Shown: in pieces, positions 10,477 through 20,918 of the stretch
Numbering within the stretch: the stretch's first letter is position 1
Layout of the letters: each line of letters starts with the position of its first letter
Source of the DNA: a bacterium
GTDB taxonomy: Bacteria; Electryoneota; Electryoneia; Electryoneales; Electryoneaceae
Reading direction: 5' to 3'
Assembly: GCA_963675295.2 (NCBI GenBank)
Contig: CAXXKJ010000001.1
Span: forward strand, 210,430 to 274,429
Length of the DNA: 64,000 nucleotides
Position numbers and translations under genes: made by a program
The notes under the pieces: generated by a model
Database searches by the model: none
What the model was told of the DNA's origin: nothing
What the model saw: the letters and a program-made list of their open reading frames with translations, nothing else

Positions 10477-10572
10477 GGCGGATGATCCCTGCTGGCGGAG
10501 CCATCAGGGGCACATGACCGGGCGAGGAAACTGGCGGATAATCCCTGCTGGCGGAGCCATCAGGGGCACATG
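10477..10572 (-). repeat. Two direct REP-like copies downstream of the RAYT
   Basis: GGCGGATRATCCCTGCTGGC-GGA-GCCATCAGGGGCACATG at 10477-10516 and 10533-10572 (56-bp period). Confidence 0.9.
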
Positions 10573-10639
10573 TCAGCGACACTTGGAAACGGCACAAACT
10601 GTGCGATGGCAGAGAAGCGAGCAGAACACAGGATCCACC

Positions 10640-13240
10640 ATGGCGAAACGGGCGAAGAAGCAGAACCAACCGGAAACGAAACCCTCAGCCGACGAAGAGG
10701 AGAAGCGGAAAGCGGTCGCCGGGATCCTGCGCGAGAGTGAAACCGCGTTTTTGTTTCCGAAACGGTCGCTGGTCGGGGACATCGTCGCCGTCGCCGCGCT
10801 GTACGTTGTCACCCTGATCCTGTTCTGGAATTTTGTCGTCGAACCGAACCGTTTCAGCGTTTCCGGCGACGCATTCGCCGCGCGTGCGTGGAACGATGTC
10901 GGCGCGGAAATCGACGCCCAGGTTGACGGTCCGGCGGCATGGAACCCGTACGTTTTCATTGGATTTCCAACCTACGGTTCGATGGCGTACCACCCCGATT
11001 CGTGGCTGAATCCGGCAAACTGGCTGGACATTCCCGGGCGTTTCCTGTTCGGCCTGCACGACATGAACAAGCAGGTCTTCTACTACTTCCTCAGCGGGCT
11101 GCTGATGTACCTGTTCGCACGGGGAGTGGGGCTGCCGTGGTGGGCATCGCTGCTGGCGGGATTGACCTTCCTGCTCAATCCGTACAACCTGTCACTGGCC
11201 GAAGCGGGGCACGGGTCCAAGCACTGGACCATCGCGATGCTACCGCTGACTCTGCTGCTGACCCATCGGGTGCTGAATAAACGACGTCTGCTCGAAATGT
11301 CGCTACTCGCGTTGGGCACTGCCGCGCTGTTGCTCTCGATGCACGCCCAGATCGCTTACTATGGACTGCTTGTCGGAGGCGTGTACGCGCTGGCGTGGTT
11401 TGTCCGGGAACTGATCCGCGACCGGGCGACCGCCCTGCGTGGTGTCGGCGGGTATGCCGGCGGGACGTTGCTCGGGTTGCTGATGTCGGCGTTTGTCTAC
11501 TGGCCGGTTTACATATTCTCCAAGTACTCGATCCGTGGGGTCGGCCCGTTACGGGATGAGGGCGGTGCCTCCGGCCTCGACTGGACCTACGCGACCAACT
11601 GGTCGCTGCATCCGCTGGAATCGCTGCAATTTCTCGTGCCGGGCTGGTTCGGGCTCGGCGGCAGCGCACCGCCGGACCGCATGCTCAGCGTCGATACCGC
11701 GTTGAACTACAACCTCTACTGGGGCTGGATGCCGTTCACCACCAGCTCGCTGTACATGGGCATCATCCCGCTGCTGCTGGCGATCCTCGCGGGGATCTGG
11801 CTGTGGAAGAAAAGCGGCGTGGTGCGCTGGATGAGCATCGCCGCGGTGCTGGCGTGGATTGTCAGCTTCGGACGTTTCCTGCCTGTTTTGTACGGGCCGT
11901 TGTATTACGTGTTGCCGTTCTTCAACAAATTCCGCATTCCGTCGATGGCGCTGGTGGTCACCGCGCTGGGTGTATCGCTGCTCGCGGCGTACGGGCTGGC
12001 GGAATTGGTCAAACGGCTGATCGCGGCACGGGACGACGACAAGCGCCGTGCTGGCCTCAGCCGGTTGTTCACCACCGTGCTGATCGTCGCGATTGCCGGC
12101 TTTGCCATCGCCGTGTTCATGCCCGGTCCGATGGACACGTTCCTCAAGGACGGCGAGGCTCGCCAATACGACGCCCAGACGCTGCAATACGTGCTCGAGT
12201 TGCGCTGGCAGATCTTCACCGCGACGCTGCTTGTGACCGCGTTCATTCTCGCCATTTTTGCGCTGTCGGTACGGTTGTCGCTACGCAAAACCCTGGCTTT
12301 CCTGCTGCCGACATCCATCGCGGTCGCGATCATTTTCACCGGTTACGATCTGTTCTCGATCGACAAGCGTTTCCTGCACCCGGTTCCAGAACGGGTGCTG
12401 ACCAACCAGCTGCAGCAGACCAGCGCCGTCGAGTACCTCAAACGGCAGCAGTTCCCTGAAGCGGAGCCGTTCCGCATCTTCCCCGTCGGCAATGATTTCC
12501 AGAACAACGCGTGGATGTATCACCGCATCCAGAGCATCGGCGGGTACGGCGCGAACAAACTCCGCGTCTATCAGGATCTGCTCGATTACGCGTTCTACAG
12601 CCCGCAAGGTCAGCCGAGTCTTGCCCTCGCCGGGATGATGAACGCGCGTTACCTTGTCAGCGGACAACCGTTGGGCGGAAACTTCCAGCTGGTGCATTCC
12701 GACGAACAAAATCAGCAGTACGTGTACTTCAACCCGTTTGCGACGCCGAGAGTGTGGTTCGTTGACAACGTTGAGGTGATTGAAGATCCGGATGACGTCA
12801 TGACCGCGATCGCACAGGAAGATTTCCAGTTCACGAAAACCGCGATCGTGATGGAAACGCCCGAGTTCATGCCGGTTCCGGAGGATTCGGCGCGGCATGT
12901 GCAGATGTCTAACGCCGAGTTCGGCCCGCACGAATACAACATCGAGATCAGCAACACCGAGCCCGGCTTCATCGTGCTCAGCGAAATCTGGTATCCGCAG
13001 GGCTGGTATGCCGAACTGAACGGCGAACCGGTCGAGTTCATGCGTACCAACTACGCGTTGCGCGGACTGCCGGTCCCGCCGGGTGAGCACACGTTGCACG
13101 TGTACTACGATCCACCGGAACTGAAGGCCGGTTTTATGATCTCGCGCATCGCGATGGTGATCACGCTCTTGCTGCTCGGTTTCTCACTAATCCAGTGGTT
13201 CCGTACACGGCAAGCACCGGTCGGGGAATCCGATGCCTGA
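10640..13240 (+). CDS. YfhO-family membrane protein (GT-C-like glycosyltransferase)
   Basis: WNPYVFIGFP, YATNWS, LPFFNKFRIP, IGGYGANKL, VLSEIWYPQGW...RTNYALRGL motifs; many TMs; start reassigned to MAKRAKK. Confidence 0.85.
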   Translation: MAKRAKKQNQPETKPSADEEEKRKAVAGILRESETAFLFPKRSLVGDIVAVAALYVVTLILFWNFVVEPNRFSVSGDAFAARAWNDVGAEIDAQVDGPAAWNPYVFIGFPTYGSMAYHPDSWLNPANWLDIPGRFLFGLHDMNKQVFYYFLSGLLMYLFARGVGLPWWASLLAGLTFLLNPYNLSLAEAGHGSKHWTIAMLPLTLLLTHRVLNKRRLLEMSLLALGTAALLLSMHAQIAYYGLLVGGVYALAWFVRELIRDRATALRGVGGYAGGTLLGLLMSAFVYWPVYIFSKYSIRGVGPLRDEGGASGLDWTYATNWSLHPLESLQFLVPGWFGLGGSAPPDRMLSVDTALNYNLYWGWMPFTTSSLYMGIIPLLLAILAGIWLWKKSGVVRWMSIAAVLAWIVSFGRFLPVLYGPLYYVLPFFNKFRIPSMALVVTALGVSLLAAYGLAELVKRLIAARDDDKRRAGLSRLFTTVLIVAIAGFAIAVFMPGPMDTFLKDGEARQYDAQTLQYVLELRWQIFTATLLVTAFILAIFALSVRLSLRKTLAFLLPTSIAVAIIFTGYDLFSIDKRFLHPVPERVLTNQLQQTSAVEYLKRQQFPEAEPFRIFPVGNDFQNNAWMYHRIQSIGGYGANKLRVYQDLLDYAFYSPQGQPSLALAGMMNARYLVSGQPLGGNFQLVHSDEQNQQYVYFNPFATPRVWFVDNVEVIEDPDDVMTAIAQEDFQFTKTAIVMETPEFMPVPEDSARHVQMSNAEFGPHEYNIEISNTEPGFIVLSEIWYPQGWYAELNGEPVEFMRTNYALRGLPVPPGEHTLHVYYDPPELKAGFMISRIAMVITLLLLGFSLIQWFRTRQAPVGESDA

Positions 13241-14621
13241 GCGCGACCCGGCGGAGAAGGCTGATCCCGCTCCGGCACACCTGTCGTTGCAGGAAAAACT
13301 GCTGCGCAAGCTGGGAGCGGGGGAGCGGGGACGAGGTCTCGCCGGCGGTGCGGCCGGTTCCTTTCTGCTCAAGGGATTCTCCTACCTCGCTGCGTTTCTG
13401 ACCACCGTTATGCTGACCAACGTGCTCGGCGCGGAACGGTTCGGTGCATACGCCTACGGCATGAACTGGGTCTACATCCTGATGGTCCCGGCGGTGCTCG
13501 GTTTCGACCGGCTGCTGCTGCGTGAAATCCCCGTCCTCGAACACCGCGCCGACTTCGGCAAACTGCGCGGCCTGCTGCGTTACTCCCACAAGTTAATCCT
13601 CGGCATATCCTTCGCCCTGGCGATGGTTGCCGCGGGAGTGGCGACGTGGATGACACGACTGGATGATGTCAGCTTCGCGATGACACGCGCGACTCAGATC
13701 GCGATGCTGCTGTTGCCGGTGTTCGCCCTGCTCCGGTTGCGTCAGACCATTCTGCTGGCAAAACGAAAATTCGTCACCGCGCAAATCGGTGAGCTCGGGA
13801 TCCTGCCATGGGGAACGCTGGTCCTGATCGGCGCAATTGTGCTGATCGATCCAAACCGGCTAAGCGCTGAACTGGCGATCCTGACCTACTTCATCTCCGG
13901 CATGATCGGCATCCTCTTCCTGTACCTGAAAACACGCAACGAGTTCGATTCCCGGGTGTATGAGGCAAGCCCGGACTACACCGTCCGTGTCTGGCTCACC
14001 GCCGCCGTTCCGATGCTGCTCGTTGCCGGGATGCAGATCCTCAACCAGCGCATCGACATCCTGATGGTCGGTTCAATGCTCGGCGCGGAGGATGTTGGCA
14101 TCTACGCCGTCGCCAACCGTGGCGTCCTCCTGGTCTGGCTCGCGTTCTTTGCAGTCAACCAGCCGCTCGCGCCGGTTGTCGCCAAATTGCACGAGGAGCA
14201 GAACCGGCGAAGCCTGCAGAACCTGCTGGTTCGCGCGGCACGCATCAGCCTGCTTCTGGCTGTGCCCGTCGCCGCCCTGCTGATTCTGTTCGCCTCGACC
14301 TTCCTCGGGTTCTTCGGAGCGGAGTTTCGCGCTGGACACGACCCGATGGTTATCATGAGTGTCGGGCAGGTGATCACGATGGGATTCGGCTCGGTGTCAA
14401 CGGCGCTGGTGATGACCGGTAACGAACGCACCGCCGCCGTCGGCATCGGTATCAGCGTGCTGCTCAACATCGCGCTCAATCTGCTGCTGATCCCGATTTA
14501 CGGGATGACCGGGGCCGCCTGGGCGCTGGCGGCAGGACAGGTTACCGCCGCCGCGATCATGAGTATCTTTGTTCGCCGCAACCTGAGGATCAACAGCACC
14601 GCGCTGGGGCAAACGTCATGA
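13233..14621 (+). CDS. Polysaccharide flippase (Wzx/MOP family)
   Basis: About 12 TMs; LGAERFGAY, IDILMVG, VGIYAVA, LLIPIYGMTGAA motifs. Confidence 0.88.
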   Translation: MPERDPAEKADPAPAHLSLQEKLLRKLGAGERGRGLAGGAAGSFLLKGFSYLAAFLTTVMLTNVLGAERFGAYAYGMNWVYILMVPAVLGFDRLLLREIPVLEHRADFGKLRGLLRYSHKLILGISFALAMVAAGVATWMTRLDDVSFAMTRATQIAMLLLPVFALLRLRQTILLAKRKFVTAQIGELGILPWGTLVLIGAIVLIDPNRLSAELAILTYFISGMIGILFLYLKTRNEFDSRVYEASPDYTVRVWLTAAVPMLLVAGMQILNQRIDILMVGSMLGAEDVGIYAVANRGVLLVWLAFFAVNQPLAPVVAKLHEEQNRRSLQNLLVRAARISLLLAVPVAALLILFASTFLGFFGAEFRAGHDPMVIMSVGQVITMGFGSVSTALVMTGNERTAAVGIGISVLLNIALNLLLIPIYGMTGAAWALAAGQVTAAAIMSIFVRRNLRINSTALGQTS

Positions 14622-15991
14622 AGATCCTGCATGTCGTCCACCAGTTCCTCCCGCATCACCATCACGGGGCCGAAATCTCGACATACGAGCTCGCGGCGAT
14701 GCAGCAGTCGCTCGGCCATGAGTCCGTCGTGGTCGCCGGGGAACACGGACACCAGCAGGATGAGCTGTACCTCGAACGCGACCGCTACCGCGAACTGACC
14801 GTTCACCGCATCTACTTCAACCCGCGCACCCCGAACGGTTGGCTGGCGCACAATGGGTTCGATCACCTCTGGCGGCGGCTACTCGAGTACGAACGCCCGG
14901 ACATCGTCCACATTCAGCAAACGCTCAACTTGTCGCTGTCACTGATCGACGTTACTCACGAGATGAACATCCCGATGGTGTTCACCGTGCGCGATTTTGC
15001 GATGCTCTGCGCACGGATCAACCTCGTGCGCGGCGATCACTCCCTCTGCCGGGAGACAGACCTCGAAGCTGATTGCGTCCAATGCCTGCACCATGATCGC
15101 GGCCTCGAACGCGGTGAACTTCTGCCCGCACTGGTCGATCTGGCGCGGGAAAATGTTACCAGCCCGCGCTCGTGGGAACTGCTGCTCGGCGCTGCCCGAG
15201 CGAAACTGCTCAGCCGGGGTGTGGCTGCGCCGGTCCGACTCGAAACCATCGCCGACATGCGCCGCCGCAATGACGCCGTGATTGCCCGGTTGCGTAAGGT
15301 CGCCGCGATCACCGCCATCAGCGAGGATACCGCCACCCGCTTCAAAAAACTGGCCCGGGGCAGAGTGAGTGTGCGAACCCTGCAACAAGTGCCGGACACA
15401 CGCCGATGTGTGTGGAAGCAACGCCCGTTGCGGGAAGGGCCGCTACGCATCGGGTACATCGGCAAGATGGCGTGGATCAAGGGTGTGCATGTGCTGCTCA
15501 GCGCGTTCCGACGCCTGCCCACCGGCAAGGCGGAGCTGCACCTGTTCGGCGGACCGACACGCACCGACGTCAAGCAGCTCGCCTTCTGGCGGCAACTGCG
15601 TGAACAGGGCAACCTGCCCGCTGTAACGTTCCACTCCGTCCCGTTTGACCCGTCACGGATCTCCGAGGTGATGGAACAGTTCGACGTGCTCGTCATCCCC
15701 AGCCTGTGGTTCGAGGCGTACGGACGCGTGGTCGGCGAGGCGCTGGCGAGCGGCATTCCGGTGGTCTGTTCGGACGAAGGCGGTCCGGCGACGATCATCG
15801 AGGACGGCGTCAACGGTCTCAGCTTCAAACTCGGCGACGCCAAAGCCCTCGCGGCAACCCTGCGCCGCTTCATTGATGAACCCACCCTGCTCGAAACCCT
15901 GAGCAGGAACGCCCGCCCGCCAAAAACACCCGAGACCTACGCCGCCGAAGTCCTCGCGCTGTATGATGAGGTGCTCAGTGTAGCGCAATAA
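14618..15991 (+). CDS. Glycosyltransferase family 4
   Basis: MKILHVVHQFLP...GAE; KGVHVLL; PSLWFEAYGRVVGEA (EX7E motif); ATGA overlap with the flippase. Confidence 0.9.
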   Translation: MKILHVVHQFLPHHHHGAEISTYELAAMQQSLGHESVVVAGEHGHQQDELYLERDRYRELTVHRIYFNPRTPNGWLAHNGFDHLWRRLLEYERPDIVHIQQTLNLSLSLIDVTHEMNIPMVFTVRDFAMLCARINLVRGDHSLCRETDLEADCVQCLHHDRGLERGELLPALVDLARENVTSPRSWELLLGAARAKLLSRGVAAPVRLETIADMRRRNDAVIARLRKVAAITAISEDTATRFKKLARGRVSVRTLQQVPDTRRCVWKQRPLREGPLRIGYIGKMAWIKGVHVLLSAFRRLPTGKAELHLFGGPTRTDVKQLAFWRQLREQGNLPAVTFHSVPFDPSRISEVMEQFDVLVIPSLWFEAYGRVVGEALASGIPVVCSDEGGPATIIEDGVNGLSFKLGDAKALAATLRRFIDEPTLLETLSRNARPPKTPETYAAEVLALYDEVLSVAQ

Positions 15992-16011
15992 ACCCATGCT
16001 TGGTGCGCAAA

Positions 16012-16041
16012 AATCGCCACGGACAAATGCCCGTGGCGATT
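16012..16041. terminator. Likely bidirectional terminator between convergent genes
   Basis: AATCGCCACGG-loop-CCGTGGCGATT. Confidence 0.65.
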
Positions 16042-16080
16042 CATATTCAGTTTCTGTCTTATCCTGTCAGTTCCGGTCTA

Positions 16081-19000
16081 TTACTTCATGAGTACAACCT
16101 TCTGCATCTCAGTCAGCTGGCCCGGGATGTCGACACGCAGGAAGTAGACACCGCTCGCGAGACGTGAACCGTCTACCGTGAACGTGTGCCAACCGGCTGA
16201 GTAGCTGGCATCCACAACCTGCGCCACCTGCTGCCCGAGCATGTTGTACATCATCATTTTCACCTGCCCGGCTTCCGGCAACGCGACTTCGATCGAGGTC
16301 GTCGGGTTGAACGGGTTCGGGTAGGCGAGGCCGACCTCGAACTCATCCGGCAACGCCGACACGTCCTCGCCAACTCCCGCAACCTGGAAGAGCTCAGCCC
16401 ACTGCTCCCAGGTCCAGCCGTCCGCGGACGGTCCGGCCTTGGTGAACTCGAAGCTGTCTGACACGAAGATCGTCGGATAGCCAATGCGTCCGGTGAAGGT
16501 ATACGTACCGCCCGGCGCGCCACCCGGCACCGCAACCGTGTTGCCGGTGACCGTGACGTCCATGAACGGCGTCACCGTCAGGTACAACGTGCTGATCGGA
16601 ACCGTCATCCCACCCGGAACCGTCGCTTCGGTCCAGTAGCTGACATTCTCATACGTACCCGGCAGGTAGCTGATGACACGGCCATCATAAACGATGTCCC
16701 CGCCGCCGACTGGCACACTGTCGACCACCGGCGTCAGCACGAGGTACGCCGAATCATTCGGGTTGCCCGGCGAACCGAAGTCACCCGCGCTACCGGCCCA
16801 CATGCTGGTGGACACGGCCCATGCCGTTCCGACACTGTTGTCCGCGAACGGGTTCAGGATGTAGATCGACGCGCCGTCCGGATGCGGCCACTCAGGCGAT
16901 TCCGTGTACGCGACTTCGTCGATGATCTCGTAATGCATGTCTTCAATCCGGATCTCGTCCGCGGGATCATCTAGGTTGAAGCCGCTGTAGACGTAGTCCT
17001 CGTTCACGTTGCCGTTGTAGTTCGGATCACCGTATTTGGCCAGCAACAGGTATTCGTTTGACTCGATCCACAGGTCCTGCGTCAGGATGGTGAACGAGTT
17101 GCCGCCGTCGTCGAAGAATTCCCAGTACCGCATGTTTACATCTTCTGTGCCGGCGTTGTAAATCTCGAACCACTCGCCGTACGTGTCACTGGATGCGTTC
17201 GGGTTGATCATGATCTCCGTAATCACGATTTCCGGCGTCGGCTGCGGCGTCTGGTTGGCTTCGCCCGGCGAACCAAAGTCGCCAGCGCTGTTCATCCACT
17301 GGATGTCGCTGATCGCCCAGTTGGACGGATCGTTGTTGTCTTCACCCAGGTTCAGGCAGTAGAACGACGCACCGAAGTGACGGATGAAACTGCCGTCGTA
17401 GTTCACCTGGTCAACCGTGTTGAACCGGTTGTCGGTGATGATGATCTCATCGGCGGGATCGTCCAGGTTGAATCCGGAATAGACGTAGTCCTCGTCCACG
17501 TTGCCGTTGTAGTTCGGATCATGGTACTTGGCGAGTACCATATACTCGTAGGCGTGTATCCAAAGGTCCTGGGTGATGGTGTGCGTGTTGCCGCCGCTGT
17601 CGGAAAGTGTCCAGTAGCGCAGGTTGACCGAATCCGGCTCGGCGTTGAAGATCTCAAACCACTCGGCGTATGTATCCGCAGCGGCATACGGTTCGGCCAT
17701 GATCTCGGTAATGATGATGTTCGGTACCGGATCCACCGGCTGGTTGGGCTCGCCCGGCGTTCCGTAGTCACCCGCGCTGCCCGGCCACTGGGTGGTTGAT
17801 ATCGCCCAGTTTTCGCCGAGGTCGTTGTTCAGACCAAGATCCGTCAGGAAAATCGACGCGCCGACCGGGTCGGGGAAATTGCCCGCCGGGCTGTATTCCA
17901 CCACGTCGATCTCGTTGCCACGGAGGTCGTGGATGATGATCTCGTCGGATTCCTGATCGAGACCCATGCCGCTGTAAACATAATCCGGCGCAATGTTTCC
18001 GTTGTAGTTCGGGTTTGCATAGTTGGCAAACAGGAAGTACTCGCCCGGCTGCAGCCAGTAATCGGTCTGCGGGATGAACTGATTGGTGCCGTTGTCCGTG
18101 AACTCCCAAAGACGGAAATTGACCGAATCGCTGCCCGCGTTGTACACCTCGAACCATTCGCCGTAGCTGTCGCTGGACGCATACGGATCATACATGATCT
18201 CGGTAATGATCAGCGTCGGAACCGTGTATCCGGCCTGGTTCTGCTCGCCCGGTGAACCGAAGTCGCCGGTGCTACCCGGCCAAGCAACCATAGAGATTTC
18301 CCAGTTGGCCGGATCGTTGTTGTCCATGCCGAGGTTGTTGAGGTAAATCGAGGCGCCGTAGGCTTCCGGCCAACCCATTCCCTCATCATACTGAACTTCG
18401 TCCAGCATGTTGCCGAGATGGTCGGTGAGACGGATTTCGTCCGCCGTCTGATCAAGACTGAATCCGCTGTAGACCCAGTCTTCGTCGATGTTGCCATTGT
18501 AGTTCGGGTCGTTGTAATTCGCCAGCACAACGTACTCGCCCGGCTGTACCCAGAAATTCTGAACAAACCGGTAGTCGTTGTTGCCATCGTCTGTCAAATG
18601 CCACAACCGCATGTTCGCGGGATTGGAACCGGCGTTGTACACCTCGAACCATTCGGCGTAACTGTCGCTGGTGGCGTGCGGATCGTACATGATCTCGGTG
18701 ATGATCAGTTCCGGAACCGTGTAGCTGCCTTCGTTCAACTCGCGCGGCGAACCGAAATCGTGATTCGCCCACGCAACCGTCGAACTGCGCCAGTTGGCGG
18801 GATCGTTGTTGTCCAGCGTGTGGTTGATCAGCATCAACGATGCGCCGTCCACATCCGGCCACAACGTGCCGTCGTCGTACCAGACTTCGTCGACCAACGT
18901 GCCCTGATCGTCGCGCAAAATCACTTCGTCCGCGCCGTTGTCAAGGCTGAATCCACTGTAGATATAATCGTGATTGATCTGACCGTTGAAGTTGGGGTCG

Positions 19001-19266
19001 GCGTAATTGCCCAACGTGAACACATCACCCGGGCCAACCGCCAGGCCGGTAATGGTGTGTGAGTTGCTGCCATTGTCTGAGATGGTGTACCCATCCAGAT
19101 CAACCGAATCCGTCACGCTGGTATTGTAGATTTCAATCCATTCCGCGTAACTGTCGCTATAATCGAGCGGATCTTTCATGATCTCGGTAATCACCAATTC
19201 AGCGTGCGCGAACCCGGCCACCGCCAGGGTCATCACCAACGCAAGGAACACCGTCATCCTCTTCAT
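16081..19266 (-). CDS. Secreted protein with five lamin-tail (LTD) domains, pre-CTD module and T9SS-type CTD
   Basis: Signal peptide MKRMTV...AHA; five 'ITEIM.DP...EWFE(I/V)YN...GSPG' repeats; AYPNPFNP...LASGVYF CTD. Confidence 0.9.
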   Translation of the reverse strand: MKRMTVFLALVMTLAVAGFAHAELVITEIMKDPLDYSDSYAEWIEIYNTSVTDSVDLDGYTISDNGSNSHTITGLAVGPGDVFTLGNYADPNFNGQINHDYIYSGFSLDNGADEVILRDDQGTLVDEVWYDDGTLWPDVDGASLMLINHTLDNNDPANWRSSTVAWANHDFGSPRELNEGSYTVPELIITEIMYDPHATSDSYAEWFEVYNAGSNPANMRLWHLTDDGNNDYRFVQNFWVQPGEYVVLANYNDPNYNGNIDEDWVYSGFSLDQTADEIRLTDHLGNMLDEVQYDEGMGWPEAYGASIYLNNLGMDNNDPANWEISMVAWPGSTGDFGSPGEQNQAGYTVPTLIITEIMYDPYASSDSYGEWFEVYNAGSDSVNFRLWEFTDNGTNQFIPQTDYWLQPGEYFLFANYANPNYNGNIAPDYVYSGMGLDQESDEIIIHDLRGNEIDVVEYSPAGNFPDPVGASIFLTDLGLNNDLGENWAISTTQWPGSAGDYGTPGEPNQPVDPVPNIIITEIMAEPYAAADTYAEWFEIFNAEPDSVNLRYWTLSDSGGNTHTITQDLWIHAYEYMVLAKYHDPNYNGNVDEDYVYSGFNLDDPADEIIITDNRFNTVDQVNYDGSFIRHFGASFYCLNLGEDNNDPSNWAISDIQWMNSAGDFGSPGEANQTPQPTPEIVITEIMINPNASSDTYGEWFEIYNAGTEDVNMRYWEFFDDGGNSFTILTQDLWIESNEYLLLAKYGDPNYNGNVNEDYVYSGFNLDDPADEIRIEDMHYEIIDEVAYTESPEWPHPDGASIYILNPFADNSVGTAWAVSTSMWAGSAGDFGSPGNPNDSAYLVLTPVVDSVPVGGGDIVYDGRVISYLPGTYENVSYWTEATVPGGMTVPISTLYLTVTPFMDVTVTGNTVAVPGGAPGGTYTFTGRIGYPTIFVSDSFEFTKAGPSADGWTWEQWAELFQVAGVGEDVSALPDEFEVGLAYPNPFNPTTSIEVALPEAGQVKMMMYNMLGQQVAQVVDASYSAGWHTFTVDGSRLASGVYFLRVDIPGQLTEMQKVVLMK

Positions 19267-19637
19267 GATACCTCTCCCTTCACTGTCCTGTATCACTTGA
19301 TTTATATCGCGTTTGTGTTGTGCTACCGCTTCGTTTGTTTCAGCAGGCTGAATTCGATACTCAGTTGAGGAACAAAAGGATAAAACGAATTATCCGAAAA
19401 TTGAATTGCAACTAGCGTGAAAAACATAACTTCGCGGAGTTAGGACAACCTTACTATCGATAAGGATAGGCGCGTGAGGAGGGGAAAACAAGCGCAAACG
19501 CAAAATTTCAGAAGGTTATGAGAGCCCGAGTGCGCTGCGTCACAGGAAAAACGTGAGAACCCGGCGGGAAGCCGGGTTGGAAGTAGAGAGCAAAGCAGTG
19601 GATACCGCCATCAGTATTGTATTGACGCCAATGTGAC

Positions 19638-20198
19638 TCACTGCTTCTTCAGGGTCAGGCTGAACACCGGTTTCCACTCCAGTTCCTCACCAGTAATGGT
19701 GGCGGTGTAGCTACTGTCCCTACGATCGTTGCCGTCTTTTTCAATCGTGTACTTCGCGCGCACATTCCGTATCTTCATCTGCCACTGCAGGCCACGCTCA
19801 TCGGCGTTGACCTGAGGCTGGATCAATCCGCCGTCATCGGTCATCGCCATCATCTGGTACTTGTCTTTGCGAGCGTCCCAAGTGATTGTGGTCCACGTGT
19901 GCTGCACCACTTCATCGCCCCGTTTGCCGATGCTTTCCATCACCAGAACCATCCCGTCCATTTCGAAGTGCGAGGTCTCGGTCAACGTCACCGTCTCCGA
20001 GAGCTTCTGGCCACTGCGTGACATCATCGTCTCACCGATCCACGTGCCCTCCAGCCAGTCGAGCACCGCCATCTTTTCCTTCACCTGCGTGGACGCATCC
20101 CGCGACTGCAGCGCGCGCGCGGGTTTGCGTGCCTGCACAACCACCGCCAGACTCAGCAGCAGCGCGAGCGTCAGACTTGTTCGCATCAACCGTTTCAT
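19638..20198 (-). CDS. Exported DUF1579-like beta-barrel protein
   Basis: Signal peptide; 'MAVLDWLEGTWIG' motif. Confidence 0.55.
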   Translation of the reverse strand: MKRLMRTSLTLALLLSLAVVVQARKPARALQSRDASTQVKEKMAVLDWLEGTWIGETMMSRSGQKLSETVTLTETSHFEMDGMVLVMESIGKRGDEVVQHTWTTITWDARKDKYQMMAMTDDGGLIQPQVNADERGLQWQMKIRNVRAKYTIEKDGNDRRDSSYTATITGEELEWKPVFSLTLKKQ

Positions 20199-20291
20199 TG
20201 CGGACTCCGTTGGGTGTTGTTCGTTGTGCTACGGGGAACACGACACGGCGGACGAGAAGTTCCGCGCCTTCGTAAACATCCCACCTGCTGA

Positions 20292-20831
20292 TCAGTGCTG
20301 CGGCGGACGCTTGCGTGCCGGATTGTACCGATAAGTCAAACTTACGAGGCCGGTGGCGAAAGATTCCACTCCGGCCAGTTCGAACCACCGTTCCGGATGC
20401 TCGGTGAACAACGGCCGTCCCGCACCCAACACCACCGGATGGATCGCGAGCACCAGCTCATCGACCAGCCCGGCATCGAGCAACGGTTTCGCGAACTCCG
20501 CCCCGCCAAACAACCAGATCTTCCCACCCGTTTCGCCCTTCAGATCCCTGACAACCGACACCGGATCGTCCCGCGATACTTCCACGTACTCGATCGGCTG
20601 TAGCTCATCGCTCCGTGTGAAAACGATCGACCGTTTGTCCGCGAACGGCCATTCGTCACCGAACGCCAACGCCTGCTCGTACGTTTTCCGGCCCATCACC
20701 AACGTGTCCACGTCGGCAACAAACTCGCTGAAGCCATAGTCCTGGTCGTGGAACAGCCAGCCGTGATCATCATCGCGGCCGACAATTTTGCCGTCGAGGC
20801 TGGTCGCGAGATACAGGGATAGTATGCGCAT
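20292..20831 (-). CDS. Dihydrofolate reductase / RibD C-terminal family protein
   Basis: ATSLDGKI, MGRKTY, IWLFGGA, LVDEL.L.IHPVVLGAG motifs. Confidence 0.9.
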   Translation of the reverse strand: MRILSLYLATSLDGKIVGRDDDHGWLFHDQDYGFSEFVADVDTLVMGRKTYEQALAFGDEWPFADKRSIVFTRSDELQPIEYVEVSRDDPVSVVRDLKGETGGKIWLFGGAEFAKPLLDAGLVDELVLAIHPVVLGAGRPLFTEHPERWFELAGVESFATGLVSLTYRYNPARKRPPQH

Positions 20832-20870
20832 GGAGGACCCTTTGTGATCGATGGAACCAGAGAGAGAAAA

Positions 20871-20896
20871 ACCCGGACCTCGCTGAGATCCGGGTG
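20871..20896 (-). terminator. rpmB terminator
   Basis: ACCCGGA...TCCGGGT stem with TTTTT tail on the minus strand. Confidence 0.65.
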
Positions 20897-20918
20897 GATA
20901 TCGCAACACATGTGCGGA

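Noticed and set aside
10477-10572. Repeat-spacer-repeat resembling a mini CRISPR array
   Set aside because: Only two units with a 16-bp gap, an inverted third copy, an adjacent RAYT and no cas genes; REP is the better explanation.
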